Of a stretch of DNA of 64,000 nucleotides, positions 50,901 through 62,606 are shown piece after piece (the first letter of the stretch is position 1; every line of letters starts with the position of its first letter). The stretch lies in contig CAUYUJ010000070.1 of assembly GCA_963575745.1 (NCBI GenBank), positions 186,001 to 250,000 on the forward strand, in the 5' to 3' direction. The stretch comes from Prorocentrum cordatum (Eukaryota). Below the pieces are notes generated by a model. The model did not search any database and was not told the DNA's origin. It was given only the letters and a program-made list of their open reading frames with translations. The position numbers and the translations under genes were made by a program.

Positions 50901-53690
50901 GAGAATGAGGAGGAGAAGAATGAGTGAAGGACGCGCGGACGTGAAGTGGAGGGTCGTCATCGTCGTGGTCGTCGTCGTCCGTGCCGTCGTCGTCGTCGTG
51001 GTGGTCGTGGTCGTCGTCGTCGGTGCCATGATCGTCGTCGTCGTCGTTGTCGCCCTTGTCGTCGATGTCGCCCTTGTCGACGTTGTCGTCACATCGTTGT
51101 CGTCGTCCTTGTCGTCGTCGTCGTCATCGCCATTGTCGTCGTCGTCGTTGTTGTCGCCCGTGTCGTCGTTGTCGCCTTTGTCGGTGACGTCGCGTCGTTG
51201 TCGTCGTCGTATTCGTCGTCGTTGTTATCGTTGCCTCCCTCGCCGTTGTCGTCGTCGTCGCCATCGTCGTTGCATTTTTGTCTTCATCGTCATCGTTGCC
51301 GCCCTCGTCGTTGTCGTCGTCGTCGCCGCCATCGTCGTTGCCGTAATCGTCGTCGCCGTCGTCGTTGTCGTCGTTAAAGAGATCCTACCAGATAGACCCT
51401 GACCTTCTAGCACGCCTCAACGCGCCATGGGGCACAGTGTCGTTTCTCTGGCATGGCTGGGGGAGAAGGGGGAGGGAGGCAGGTGGAGGAGAGGCAGCAG
51501 GAAAAAGGGACGGAGGACGACAACGAGGAGGAGGAGGGGGAGGAGGAGGGAAACCAGAGGACTTCGTAGCAAAGGGAGGTGGACGAGGAGGGGCAGGAGG
51601 AGGAGGAGGAGGAGGAGGAGGAGGAGGAGCAATAATGAGAAGGAGGAGGATGGGGGAGAATGACAGCAGAGTTGGAGGAGGAGGAGGAGGAGGAGAGGAG
51701 AGGAGGAGGAGGAGGAGGAGGAGGAGGAGGAGGAGGAGGAGGGAGGACGAGGAGGCGCCCGTGCCCGAACCCAACCCCAAGGGGGGCAGGCTGCCGCCCT
51801 GGCCCTGCAGGCGGCCTTCCGCAGCCGGCGCTCCGGGAGGGCGTCGGCGCTGGCCGCGGCGGCGGCGGCGGAGCAGCTCGTGCAGGTCGCGCGGCCGCAG
51901 ACTCCGCGGGAGGAGGCACGCCCGTATAGGGGAACGAAGAATGACAAAGCGTAAAAACTCGGAGGTGTCCGCGCGGATTTCTCGGATCGGCGCTGGACCC
52001 CCCTGGCGGCGCCTCCGGCGCCGCCCCTAGCCCAGAGGGCTCCGCGGGAGGACTCCGCGGGGAGGACTCCGCGGGTGTTTTGGTGTTGGAGCGTCGCGCC
52101 TACCATCGCAAGACCATCGAAGCCCGAGAATCTCGGGGCACCCCGATCCGAGAAATCCGCGCGGATCTCGGAGTTTTCAGGTTTATGTCATTCTTCGTTC
52201 CCCCATAGCCCAGAGATCATTTGTCTTACAGTGGGGGCCCATGCCAAGAAACACCCTGGTTGCCTCCAGGGTACCATGAGTTTCTCGGGTTTCGATGGTC
52301 TTGCGATGGTAGGCGCGGCGCTCCCACGCCAAAACTCCATGGACGTCCTAGGGTCTCCGGGTTGGGTTTCTTGTGGGAGGTTTTTTATGGACTGGCCTCC
52401 GCTGTAATGTTTGTCATCACAGGGTCCCCAGAAGTCCTGGCCCTCCCCCCACGGCCGGCGTTTCGTCCCGAGTTGTCTTTCGCGGTCCTGGGGCCCCGCG
52501 AGGGCCCCCACAGGCCGAAAATTCAGGGACGTCCGCGTGGAGTCTCCCGAGACCGTGGAGGTCTGGGATAAGCGCGTGGCCAGCTGACATCCCGAGTCAG
52601 CGAGAGTACCTCCCGAGGGCCGCGCGAAGGCCCTATCGACGAGGCCGAAAATTGCGAGAAACGTCCGCGTGGAGTTTCGGGAGACGTTGGAGGTCTGGGA
52701 CGCGACCTGGCTTGCCTATAGGCCAGCAAAAAAGAATGCGTGTTCGAACCTTGTTCTTGGCACGACATATCATGATAACATGTCTGGCTGACGCTGTCTT
52801 GTTTTAATGCGCCTTTTCGGTTCATTCTGCTCTAAGAACATCGTTCTGCTTACCGGAACAGTGTTTGGTTTTAGCGGCACTTCGTGGTACACCTTAGGCG
52901 ATGCTTAAGAAAACCCAAGTTTTTGGCCAGAGTCTCGATTATTCTTAATGTTTCAATGTAAATCTTAAGACTTTAATGGGAATGTTGGGTTCTTATTCAA
53001 GTTCTGAGACTATGAATTTCTTAACCCATGATTTCTTAAGCATTTCGCAGGGTGTAGGCATAATGGAATACCGGGACGGGTCGGTTCATGCTCAAGACTC
53101 GAGGGGCTGACCTTTGGTGCGGGTTCACTGTTGCCCCCCCGATCGCTGAGCGCGACGCGATAGCAGCGGCCTGCGCGCTTGGGCGTGGCCCCCTCGCGCC
53201 CCGCACACAGGCCGCGCACCAGAGGCCACTCTGACCCAGGGCCGCTCCACTCTTTCGGGGGAGCGTAAGACCCGGGTTTGCCGGGACTCGGGTTCGCCAC
53301 CGTTTTTTGACGACCGCGCCTCGGATTTTGACGAGGAGGAGTTTCGTGGGATGTCTGCAGCGGGAGGCCTCGTCAAAATGCAGGCTCGGCCTCGTCATTT
53401 TTTTGACGACCTCGTCGGGGATTTCCGAGTCCCCCGTAACCGGGTCTTACGTCTCCCCGACAGAGGTCACTCTGACCCAGGGTCGCTCCACTCGTGCGTC
53501 CAGCGCCGAAAGACAGGCGCGCGGCCAGCTGACGCCCCGAGCCGGCGAGAGCACCACCCCTCGCAGCCCGCGCGCCGCCGCGCGCGGCCGGCGGCGGGCG
53601 GGCGCGGGCGCCTACCGCGAAGGCGCGCCGCCCTCGCTGAGAGCCCGCTCCGCGCGGGGCCGCGCGGCCGGGGCCGGAGCGCCAGGGGAG
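29942..53690 (+). CDS. Candidate host exon chain B (29942-30105, 31603-31764, 33478-33681, 42267-42428, 43698-43738, 45841-45950, 46332-~46387; less certain 48264-48300, 49289-~49400, 51790-~51915, 53517-53690); unknown Ala/Arg-rich protein
   Basis: Seven consecutive exons join without stops: ...GAPPEFE/EWRPLL...LTAQEFAALFAAAL...EAAEAFSL/VVAAGG...LWSELAGDE/VNVPLAEG...STQMG/AHLFAEVFGVAWQR/QRDLGHLASILQ...GRGAG/GPVPGAVEPEVEEQFIQE. Donors are GC, GT, GT, GC, GC, GA; all acceptors are AG|G. May be the same gene as chain A. Confidence 0.7.
32048..32210. mobile_element. TIR element (ACCACCTCAACCCAACCCGAAG...CTTCGGGTTGGGTTGGGGTGGT); partial copy at ~29650-29740
   Basis: Inverted ends and a second copy. 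Confidence 0.7.
33937..33961 (+). other. DinoSL-like 5' end of LINE
   Basis: ACCGTAG-GG-TTGGCTCAAG keeps both ends of DinoSL and is followed directly by CCATTT (possible second relict). Confidence 0.75.
34083..35184 (+). pseudogene. LINE ORF1 (GK-rich N-terminus, RanBP2-like C4 finger, coiled coil)
   Basis: W-x-C-x2-C-x3-N-x5-C-x2-C-like spacing; internal stop at 34571-34573. Confidence 0.8.
35213..39990 (+). pseudogene. LINE ORF2 (APE-RT-RNase H), many frameshifts and stops, (GA)n insert at ~37787-37940
   Basis: Motifs listed under the element entry. Confidence 0.9.
40548..40736. repeat. 63-bp tandem repeat x3
   Basis: Units start at 40548, 40611 and 40674; near identical. Confidence 0.95.
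41852..41977. repeat. (CA)n microsatellite
   Basis: Direct observation. Confidence 0.95.
43100..43280. mobile_element. MITE-like family 6 (GATGGGGTCGGA...TCCGACCCCATC) with internal CGCCGATGCAT units
   Basis: 12-bp TIR; copies at ~44191-44360 and ~60199-60290. Confidence 0.75.
44935..45730 (+). mobile_element. 3' fragment of a LINE (RNase H C-terminus + Cys motif)
   Basis: VFVHSHQ...ANTIVDEVAG, then LWYCFSCGCYASQQLRNLGKLC...RVSKGQWP, parallel to the C-termini of the other LINEs; ends in (CATGCT)3 then (CCT)n. Confidence 0.7.
46640..48225. repeat. Complex repeat: ~83-bp tandem unit, ~325-bp direct duplication, (GGTGCCCG)n and (ATAGCCCT)n arrays
   Basis: GCGAGAGCC recurs at 47000, 47083, 47836, 47919, 48003 and 48086; related sequence at ~49100-49270 and 63560-64000. 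Confidence 0.85.
50560..50765. repeat. 14-bp minisatellite (GGTTCGCCAGGCCC)n
   Basis: Direct observation. Confidence 0.9.
52888..53056. mobile_element. AT-rich Tc1/mariner-type MITE flanked by TA; inverted second copy at 55997-56142
   Basis: TA-CACCTTAGGCGATGCTTAAGAAA...TTTCTTAAGCATTTCGCAGGGTG-TA. Confidence 0.8.
53255..53460. mobile_element. MITE family 7 (TCGGGG..CGTAAGACCCGG...CCGGGTCTTACGTCTCCCCGA); second copy at 53740-53945
   Basis: ~20-bp TIRs; two similar copies. Confidence 0.8.
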
Positions 53691-56600
53691 GAGATCCGCG
53701 ACCAACGTCAAGGGTTGAGTCGGGCATGTCCCTCTACAGTCGGGGAAACGTAAGACTCGAGTAAGCCGGATCTCGGGTTTGCCGACTTTTTTTGACGAGC
53801 GCGTCCTGGATTGTGACGGTTCCGTTTTCGTGGGATGTCTGCAGCGGGAGCCCGCGTCAAATTTCAGATTGGGTCTCGTCATTTTTATGATGGCCCCTGT
53901 CAGGCCAACCCGAGTCCCCCGTACCCGGGTCTTACGTCTCCCCGATACAGGAGGACTATTCAAGAGCAGTCCAGAAATAGCCTGGGGACGATGTGTTTTT
54001 CTATTTCTTGCTATGTGTGAGCATTCTTCATTTTTTGCTGTGTTTGAAGTTGTTTTGAGTGCGTCTCATTTCTCCTCCGAAATCCGCCTGTAGGAGGACA
54101 TGCCCGACCTACGAGAGAGGGACTTCCACCCCAGACCCCCCAGAATCGGCGCTGGCTGAACGGCCCACCTGTGCGTCTACGAAGCGGGCCTGTCCTGCTC
54201 GATTCCTGCCCTGGGTGCGTGTGCTAAAAGGGCTCCGCTCGTCGGTGTGCTCTATGGAGTCCTGCGACCAATTTCAAGGGAGGAGCGGCCATCAAGCAGT
54301 GGCGAAGCGTCCTGGCTTGCCGAGCGGCCCACCCAAGAGACGGTTCTCTGCAGCTTGTGTTGGTTGCGCGAGGTGCTCTCAGAGCAGGTCTGGCTGAGAC
54401 AGTTTTGTCTGGTTACGTCGACTCTATGCTCTAAGAACAGTGTCGTTGTTATTTGAACATTTCTGTGTTCGAAGATCATGTCGTTGTAGGAATGCCGGGA
54501 CGGTCGGTCCCTGCTCAAAACAACCCCGAGTCCCATAATTGGCGTCAATTGAACGGCCTTGGGGCTTTACGAAGCAACCCAGTCCTGTTCGATTCCTTCC
54601 TTGGGTGCGTTTGCTAAAGGGCTTCGCTTGGCGGAATGCATATTGTGAGAGTGCTTTCTCTCTATACAACGGCGAAGCAGAGAAACTGGCAGAACTACAT
54701 GCTTTAAGTTTTCGGAGCTCCGTGCGAATTTCTTGGATCGGCGTTGGACCCCCCTGGCAGCACCTGCGGCGACGCCACTGGCGCGCTCAGCGCGCCAGGG
54801 AGGTCCGTCCAGCGCTGAGCTCCGAAAGGTTACAGTCGGGCCGCTGAAAGCGGAACTCTGTTCGTTGGGGAGGGGGTCATTGTTCCTTAGTTGTTGTGCA
54901 GTTTGTCGGAGGTTCTCCTCAGTCTTTCTATGGAAACCGAAATTTAGTCGATGGAGAATCTAGGGTTCTTTATGACAGCGTTTCGACTGGTGGTCGTTTT
55001 TTTATTCATTTTTGCCGATCGGTGCGGGCCCCCAAACCCCCCATCCCCCCCATGGAGTAGATCTTGGCTGTTGTTTGGCGCCTGATTCGACCGGGTCGAG
55101 TCTCCCCCAGAGGCCGCATTCTTGCAAACAGTCGCACTAAGCAGGGGTCTGAAGCCAGACCCCCCGCCCCTTCCCCCCCCCTTTCCCCCCCCTTTCCGCC
55201 CAATGTCGAAACGCCGTAGAAAAAAGTCGCTCACCTGCATGTTTATGCTGCTGGTTCGCCTCCTCCGACAGGCTGCCAGGTCCACTCGACCCTGGGGCCT
55301 CGGGGCGCCCCCCGCGGGAGCCACACTGGCCGCAGCCATCCGTCGGACTCGGGGCCCCAGCCGGCGTTTCGGGGCATCGGGCTTGGCAGGGGCAGCATGC
55401 TGTGGGCCCCCGCTGTGGAGGGTTTCTTCGAAGGGCTTCGGCGACACGTCCTCCTCCTCCTCCTCCTCCCCTTCCTCCTCCTCCTCCTCCTCCTCCTCCC
55501 TCCCTCCTTCTCCTCCGCCTCCTCCTCCTCCTCCTCCTCCTCCTCCTCCTCCTCCTCCTCGGGTCGCCTACGGCCCCGGGGGAAACCGTGCACCCCGCTG
55601 ATGCTTTCAAACGACAAAGCCGCTCTGTATCAACTCCTCGAGGCACACCCAGAGGGACCATGTCCAGAACGACCGCGAACGCTCTAGGTATTCGCTCAGG
55701 CATGCTCGAAGGCGTTCGCTCATAGGGTGTCAGTGTGCACTCTCCGACACCCCCCCGAACCACCCCACACGGCCGCCTTGCACGGGCAGGCCTAATGTGA
55801 CCTCCCAGAGCGTCAGGATGATCAAGAAGTGGGGGGGGGCGCGTGATGGGGGGGCGATCGTTGGGGGGTCAGCGAGGGCTGCCGAAAAGGGCCCCTTAGG
55901 GGGCCCCTGAAGGGGCCCTTGAAGGCCCCCCATGGGCGCCTTCCGGGCCCGAGGAGGGCACCTTTCCTCCCTCCCCCCATGCACAGTCAACCCGCATACA
56001 CCCTGCGAAATGCTTAAGAAATCATGGGTTAAGAAATTCATAGTCTCAGAACTTCTATCAAAATCTTGGGATTTACATTGAAAAGTTAAGAATAATCGAG
56101 ACTCTGGACGAAAACTTAGGTTTTCTTAAGCATCGCCTAGGTTGCCCCTGCATCCTTGCAAGGTTGCCCTTGCATCCTTGCCCCTCAGGCCCATCCCTGG
56201 CAACTGTCGCTGGCCAGCCCCACTCGAAGAACGTCAACGTGGCTTCCCAAGGCCCAAGGCCCCTGCATCCTTACCGCGCAGTCTTGGCATACGGTGGGGG
56301 CGCGTATCAGGACACCATCTGCTTTTCGTCAGGGTGGCATGGGTTTCGTCGCTCCTCGCGCTGCGCGGTGGCCTCCCGCAGCCGTTGAAGGAGCTGCTGC
56401 GTTCAGGGTGCTCCGGGTTACCCCTCAGGTGCACCTCGCGCGCGGGTTCTCAGGGTTGGGTCTCTTGCGAGGGCTCCTCGCGGCCGCGCCCGCACTGTGC
56501 GCGTCAGCTGGCTGGCCCCCCCCGTTCCTTCGCGCCCGAAGGAGGGAGCGCGCCAGGCAGCAGCAGCGTGTGGCTCCCCAGGAGGACGAGCGGCCGGCCC

Positions 56601-56996
56601 TCGCGCTCGGCGCCCTGTCGGCCGCGCTCGGGGCCAGCGGCGCCGCGGGCGGCCCCGCGGCGGGTGGCCCGCGCGAGGAGTCGCAGCTCGGCGTGTTCGG
56701 CGCGCTCGCGGACCTCTTCGCGGCAGGCGCGCCCGCGGCGGCGGGGGAGGTCCGCGGGTAGGAGGCGGAGGCCGCCGCCGCCGCCGAGAGCCCGTCGGCC
56801 TGCCAGCGCTCGGACGTGGGCACGCCTCGGGGAGCGAGGGCAAGCGAGAGTGAGGAGGGGAAAACACACACAGGCACAATGAATCGTCGATTCCCCCAGA
56901 AAATGCGGGAAAATATGGGATGTGGGGGGGAAGACGAAAACCCAGAAAATATGGGCAAATATGGGGAATAGTTTTATTTGTGCTTATATATATATG

Positions 56997-57053
<57 letters not shown>

Positions 57054-58909
57054 CCTGGGGCCCCTGCAGAGAGGCATCCTGGATCGCGTCGCAGAGATGC
57101 ACGCACGACACCGACGCGAGCACGCGGGAGGCACGGCCGAGCGGTGGCGGGGAGGCGGAGGCCCGCGGCGGCGGAGGCCCGCGGAGGGGGCGGAGACCGC
57201 CGCCGCCGCCCTGGGCGGTGGGCACGCCCCGCTCGCCGTCGGGCGCCGGGTGGCGCTCGGGCGTGTCCTCCTCCTCCTCCTCCTCCTCCTCCTCCTCCTC
57301 CTCCTCCTCGTCTCCAGCTCCTCCTCCTTCTCCCCCTCCTCCTCCTCCTCCTCTTCTTCCTCCTCCTCCTGCGTTTCTGCGTTTCTCGCTCCGAGCAGCG
57401 TCTAGCCCTCCTCCTCCTCCTCCTCCTCTTCCCTGCCCTGCCGGGGGTCGGCGTTCCCAGATGGGTTCTCGGCTGCGGCGGTGCCTGTTTCCGGGCATCG
57501 GAGAGGAACAAGAGAAGCACAAATTTGGGGGATCTCCGATTGTCGTCGATGCGTCGATTCGCTGCAGAGTCCAGTCGTCGACCCAAAGCGAGGGGCTGTT
57601 CTCTTCCGTCGATCCGCTGCAGAGTCTTCTTCACTGAGTTGTTGCCTCGTGTTAAAAAACTGGGGGATGTCCGCGCGGGTTCCTTGGATTGGCGCTGGGC
57701 CCCCCTGGCGGCGCTTCCGGCGCCGCCCCTGGCTCGACGCGCCAGGGAGGGTGGGGCCAGCGCAGACCCAAGAAATCCGCGCAGACCGCGGAAGGCGTTT
57801 GTTTAAGCATGCATGCTTTACCTAAGCACCAGCGGTCCTCGAGCATCCATCTCAGAATACCAATCCCCGACCAGTGACCCTCGAACTCCCGGAGGCCCAA
57901 TGTATTGCGTTTGTCAATGCGCGATCCCCAGAAGTCTTGACTCATTCCCCAGGGCCGGCTTTGCATCCTGAGTCGATCTTGGACAGTCCCGGGGCCTGGC
58001 GCCTGTGCCTGGAGGCCGAAAGTTTGGAACAAGAAGTCTTTGCACGTGTCGATGTATTTGGGAACGCAATTTTTCCCTTACAGACCAGCCATCCCCAAGC
58101 ATCGAGCCCCGAACACAAATCCCCGAATATCGACTCTGGATCTTCGAACCCCGAGCCTGACAGCCCAAGGTGTCCTCTCCCCTGTCGCTTCGTCGTTCGC
58201 TTCTCCCCTCTATGCTCGTGTCGTCGTCGTCGTCGTCGTCCTCCTTCTCCTCCTCCTCCGAATCCCCTCCTTTGCTGTTCCTTCCCTGCATGCTCACCAC
58301 CGGTTTCCCCGCTTCTCGTCTCCTCCCCCCTGCTCTGCGGGGGGGCTGTTGGCTGTCGGCTTGAGCTCGGTAGCCTGAGTAACCTATCGGGTGGGCTGGA
58401 GGCCCAAGTCCTCGGCTGTCAGGACGATCCTAGGGCGAAGTCATGTTACCTCCGAAGACATGCCCCGTGATGTCTTTGTTCGTTGTGTTGTTGTCCTCCT
58501 CCGAATCGCGTGGGTCCAGATTTCATGCCGCCTCCGTCCTGAGTCTTAACCCTCTGGGCCTCCCCTGAGATCCGACGCTGCCCCAAAAGATTCAACATCG
58601 CAACAAACCACGATCTGAGTCCTGGCTCCGACCTTGCTGCGTGGTTTAACGAGCCAGATCGATCTGTTAGGGTCCCGGGGCACGACACTGGGCGGAAACG
58701 CCTGGTTCAACAGAAATTGCATCGCCTGGGTCTCAGGGTATTGTACGTTGGAGGTCTGGGTGGGCCCCGATGTTCGATCCTCTGGGCATCCAGAGGATCA
58801 GGCAAGATCCACGCCAGCCATCACAGAGCCCACCGGCGGCGGAGGGGGACGGGTCTTCTTCTCCCCTATCCAGCGATCCCCGAACATCGACCCGCGATCC
58901 TTGAACCTT

Positions 58910-58917
58910 TGGTCGTG

Positions 58918-58951
<34 letters not shown>

Positions 58952-59036
58952 TTGACGTCGTCTTCGTCGTCCATCGTCGTCGTCGTCGTCGTGGTGTTCG
59001 TCGTCGTCCGTCGTCTTCCGTCGTCGTCGTCGCCGT

Positions 59037-59074
<38 letters not shown>

Positions 59075-59105
59075 CGTCCGTCGTCGTCGTCGTCGTCGTC
59101 GTCGT

Positions 59106-59153
<48 letters not shown>

Positions 59154-59240
59154 GTGTCGCCGCTGTCGCCGCGGACGTCGTCGTCTGTCGTCGTCGTCGT
59201 CGTCGTCTTTCGTCTTTCGTCTTTCGTCGTCGTCGTCGGG
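58910..59240. repeat. (GTC)n microsatellite (others at ~50953-51375 and 62423-62605)
   Basis: Direct observation. Confidence 0.95.
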
Positions 59241-60609
59241 CCCCGAGCCTCGAGCCCTTTGGGCCGCCGCGAGGCCCCCTCCCGCCGGCCCCCGAGGCCC
59301 CGCGGCGGCGGCGGAGGGCGGCGGCCTCCCGGAGCGCGGCGCGCCGGCCGCCCCCGCGGCGGCCGCCAGGAGCCAGGAGGGGAAAACACACGCAGACACA
59401 ATTAATCCTCGATCCCCCAGAAAATATAGGAAAATATTGGAAAATATGGGGAATATGGGAAGACAAAAATATGGGAAAATATGGGGAAAACATGGGAAAA
59501 TATGGGAAAATATGGGAATATGGGAAAATATGGGAAAATATGGGAAGTGGGGGGGAAGACAGAAACCCAGAAAATATGGGAAAATATGGGGGATCTTGTT
59601 ATCTGTGTGTATTTGTTTGTGTGTCCCAGGGCCCCTTCACAGGAGCCCGGCCGCCCCGCCCGGCCTCGGGCGCGGCGCTGCGGCGGCGCCCGCGGCGGCG
59701 CCCAGCGCGGCGGCGCACGCGGCCCGGCCCGGCGGCGGAGGCTGGCGGCGGAGTTTCGGGGGCGGCCAAGAGCGGGCCGGAGGACGAAGGGGGGGGATTG
59801 GGACAGGAGGGGGTACGAAATTTGCTGCATGCAGCTGGTTTCGGCCTATTCCTAGATACATAGCCGCCTCCGGCGCCGGGAGGCGCCGGGAAAATCAGCT
59901 ACGTGAGCGGATTCTCCTCCCCCCCCCCCTTTGCTATCCCCCCCCTCTTCGCCCGACCCGACAAGAGAGGGGTGATGACCAGGGGGGTGTGGATATCATG
60001 GCAGGGGTCCAGGATATGTCACCAGACTTCATGGATATCTCCCCAGATTCATGGCCCCCCGTCTTAGTTCAGTACGTTGCCTGGCCCACCGTTGGGCCGC
60101 GTACATTCCGCTGGCCATGATGTGCGCACCCCCCTCTTGGACGCCCCCCTCTTGCCCGACCCCGGAAGTGGGGCCTCGCGTAACTGTCTAGACCTCCCAG
60201 ATGGGGTCGGAGCGGATGGGGTCGGAGGATCGTGCCGAAATCGCCGATGCATCCGCGACGCGGCTCGATGTGGAGGAACCCCCATCTACTCCGACTCCCA
60301 TCTAGGAGGCCTCGAAACCTGGTATCGCTTGGACGCGTGCGTTGTTTCTCGGCGTGGTGGGGGAGCGAGGTGGGGAAGGCCTTCTCAGAAGGCGGCCTGG
60401 CTTCTCAGCAGGCCTCTCCGGGCATCCGGGAGGTCTGCCGTGTCTTCGGGGAAGGCTTCAGAAGCTCTCTTTTGCAGAAGGCATGGGCACTTCCGAGCCT
60501 TTGAGAAGGCTCGGTCCTTCTCATTTCCCCCTCGGGGCTGGCCGCCGAAGGAGTTGTTTAGGCGTCGCGTAGTGGGAGGCGATACTTCGGGGTGCAGCGA
60601 GGGCTGCAG

Positions 60610-60669
<60 letters not shown>

Positions 60670-61521
60670 GGGTCATCCTGCGAAGAAAGGACGCACGCAC
60701 GAAGCCGAAGAATCCACGGGGAATGGACGTCCGAGCGATGGCGAGAATGGCGGGGCGATGAATCGGTCGATGTTGAACGATGGGACGTTTTTGGGAAACG
60801 GTCGATTGTGTCAGGTGGAACGATCCCGGCAGTGGCAGGAACCGTACGCTGGGGTCGGCACGACGCGAATCTGTTGGGCGTCGCGTAATGGGGGGGCGAT
60901 AAATGTCGGCGGCGAGCCCTGGGAAGAAGTGAGAAGGGGCGGGCCTCTCATCAGAAGGCTCGGAAGTCCCCCGTCCTTCTGGAAGGTTTGCTAAGCCTTC
61001 CCCAAAGACGCAGAAGACTGCTCGGAGGACGCGAGGGCTTCTGAGAAGTCCCGCCGCCGTATGAGAGGGCCTTCTCCTTCTCATTGCCGCCGCCTCGCTC
61101 GCCGCCGAAAGTGGGGGGACAGCGAGGGCTGCAGAAAAGGAGCCCTTCTGGGCCCCCTGCGGGCCCAAGAGGGGGCCTTTAGGACCCGAGAAGTGTCCAT
61201 GTCTACCCCCCGGACATGCATCAGGATGGAAGAAAAACACACAGACACAATTCTTTGTCGATTCCCACGGAAATATGGGAAAAGATGGGAAGTGGGGGGG
61301 AAGACACACCCAGAAAATATGGGAAAATGTTGGGAGTCTCGCTATTTGTGTGTATTTACGTGCGTGTCCTTGGGCCCTTGCAGTGCATCGGCCCCCCCCC
61401 CCCCCCCAGTGAGCGACACCCAGCGAAGTCCGAGGCCTCCCCTCGCGGGTCCACGGCTCTCGGGGGCAGCGATAGATTCAGGCCGCACGGTAAGGATGAG
61501 CCATTCTCCAAGGCTGCTCGT

Positions 61522-61560
61522 AAGTCGGGCATGTCTCTCTACAGGGGGAATCTTCAAACA

Positions 61561-61651
<91 letters not shown>

Positions 61652-61747
61652 GGGACTATGTTTCGGGTATTTTCTAACCATTTTGGAGCATTTGTTGTGT
61701 GTTTTTTTATGCAAAAAATGCCCCTTGAGGGGGACACGCCCGACTTC
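61522..61747. mobile_element. MITE family 8 (AGTCGGGCATGTC..TCTACAGG...GACACGCCCGACT); copies at 53718-54110, partial at ~5816-5848 and ~30551-30690
   Basis: Imperfect ~25-bp TIRs. Confidence 0.7.
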
Positions 61748-62553
61748 AGGCTACCCTTGAAACAGCAGATCAGGTCTGAAGGTTCTTCGCTGTGCTCGGC
61801 CTCTGGGGGCCCTTTGCAGGGCCTCGGGCCCGTCAAGAAAGGACTCGGCATGAGAAGCCGGTCCCAGGGAGTAGGTCGAGACCTGCAGGGCCCGATTCCA
61901 GGGAGTAGGTCGAGACCTGCAGGGCTCGACTCATAGAAGTTGCATGACGTCCTCGGTTGCATCTCCTTGCCCCCTTGGGCCCACTCTTGGCGGCTTTCCC
62001 CGGACCGACCCCCCGTCGAAAACGCCAGCACGGCCCTCCAGGGTCCTTGCAGCCTTGCCGCGCATCCTTGATGCGGGGCAGAACTGGGCTCCATGGGGGG
62101 GGGGGGTCATCCGCCCCCCATCGCACAGTCGTCGCCGATGGGGGCCCGATCGCCCACCCCTCCCAGGAGCGTGCCGTTTCGACATCCCGGGCCTATCGCC
62201 GATCTACTGGCGGAGCATCGCCGGCTCCATGTCGAGATGTCCCCCCTGAGCTGGTCCCTCCCTATCGGTGCCCCGCAGATTCAGGCAGCCCAGGCAATCG
62301 TCGAGCACGTGGCGGTTATCGAGCCCTACCCCTGCCTCCCATCGGTTCAGGAGAATCGATGATTGGTGGGGGGTACGTAAGGCTTGGATGTCCCACCTGA
62401 GGGGGGATCAATGCAAACGGGGGTCGTCGTTGTCGTGGTCGTCGCCGTCGTCATCATGGTCGTCGCCGTCGTCATCATGGTCGTCGCTGTCGTCGTCGCG
62501 GTCGTCGTCATCGTCGTCGTCGTCGCCGTCGCCGTCGTCGTCGTCGTGGTCCT

Positions 62554-62606
<53 letters not shown>

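Noticed and set aside
60610..60667. Poly-A as a retrocopy tail (also 61574-61648)
   Set aside because: The same upstream motif (AGCGAGGGCTGCAGAAAA) occurs at 61121 with only four A, and the second run lies inside a TIR element; homopolymer expansion or artefact is more likely.
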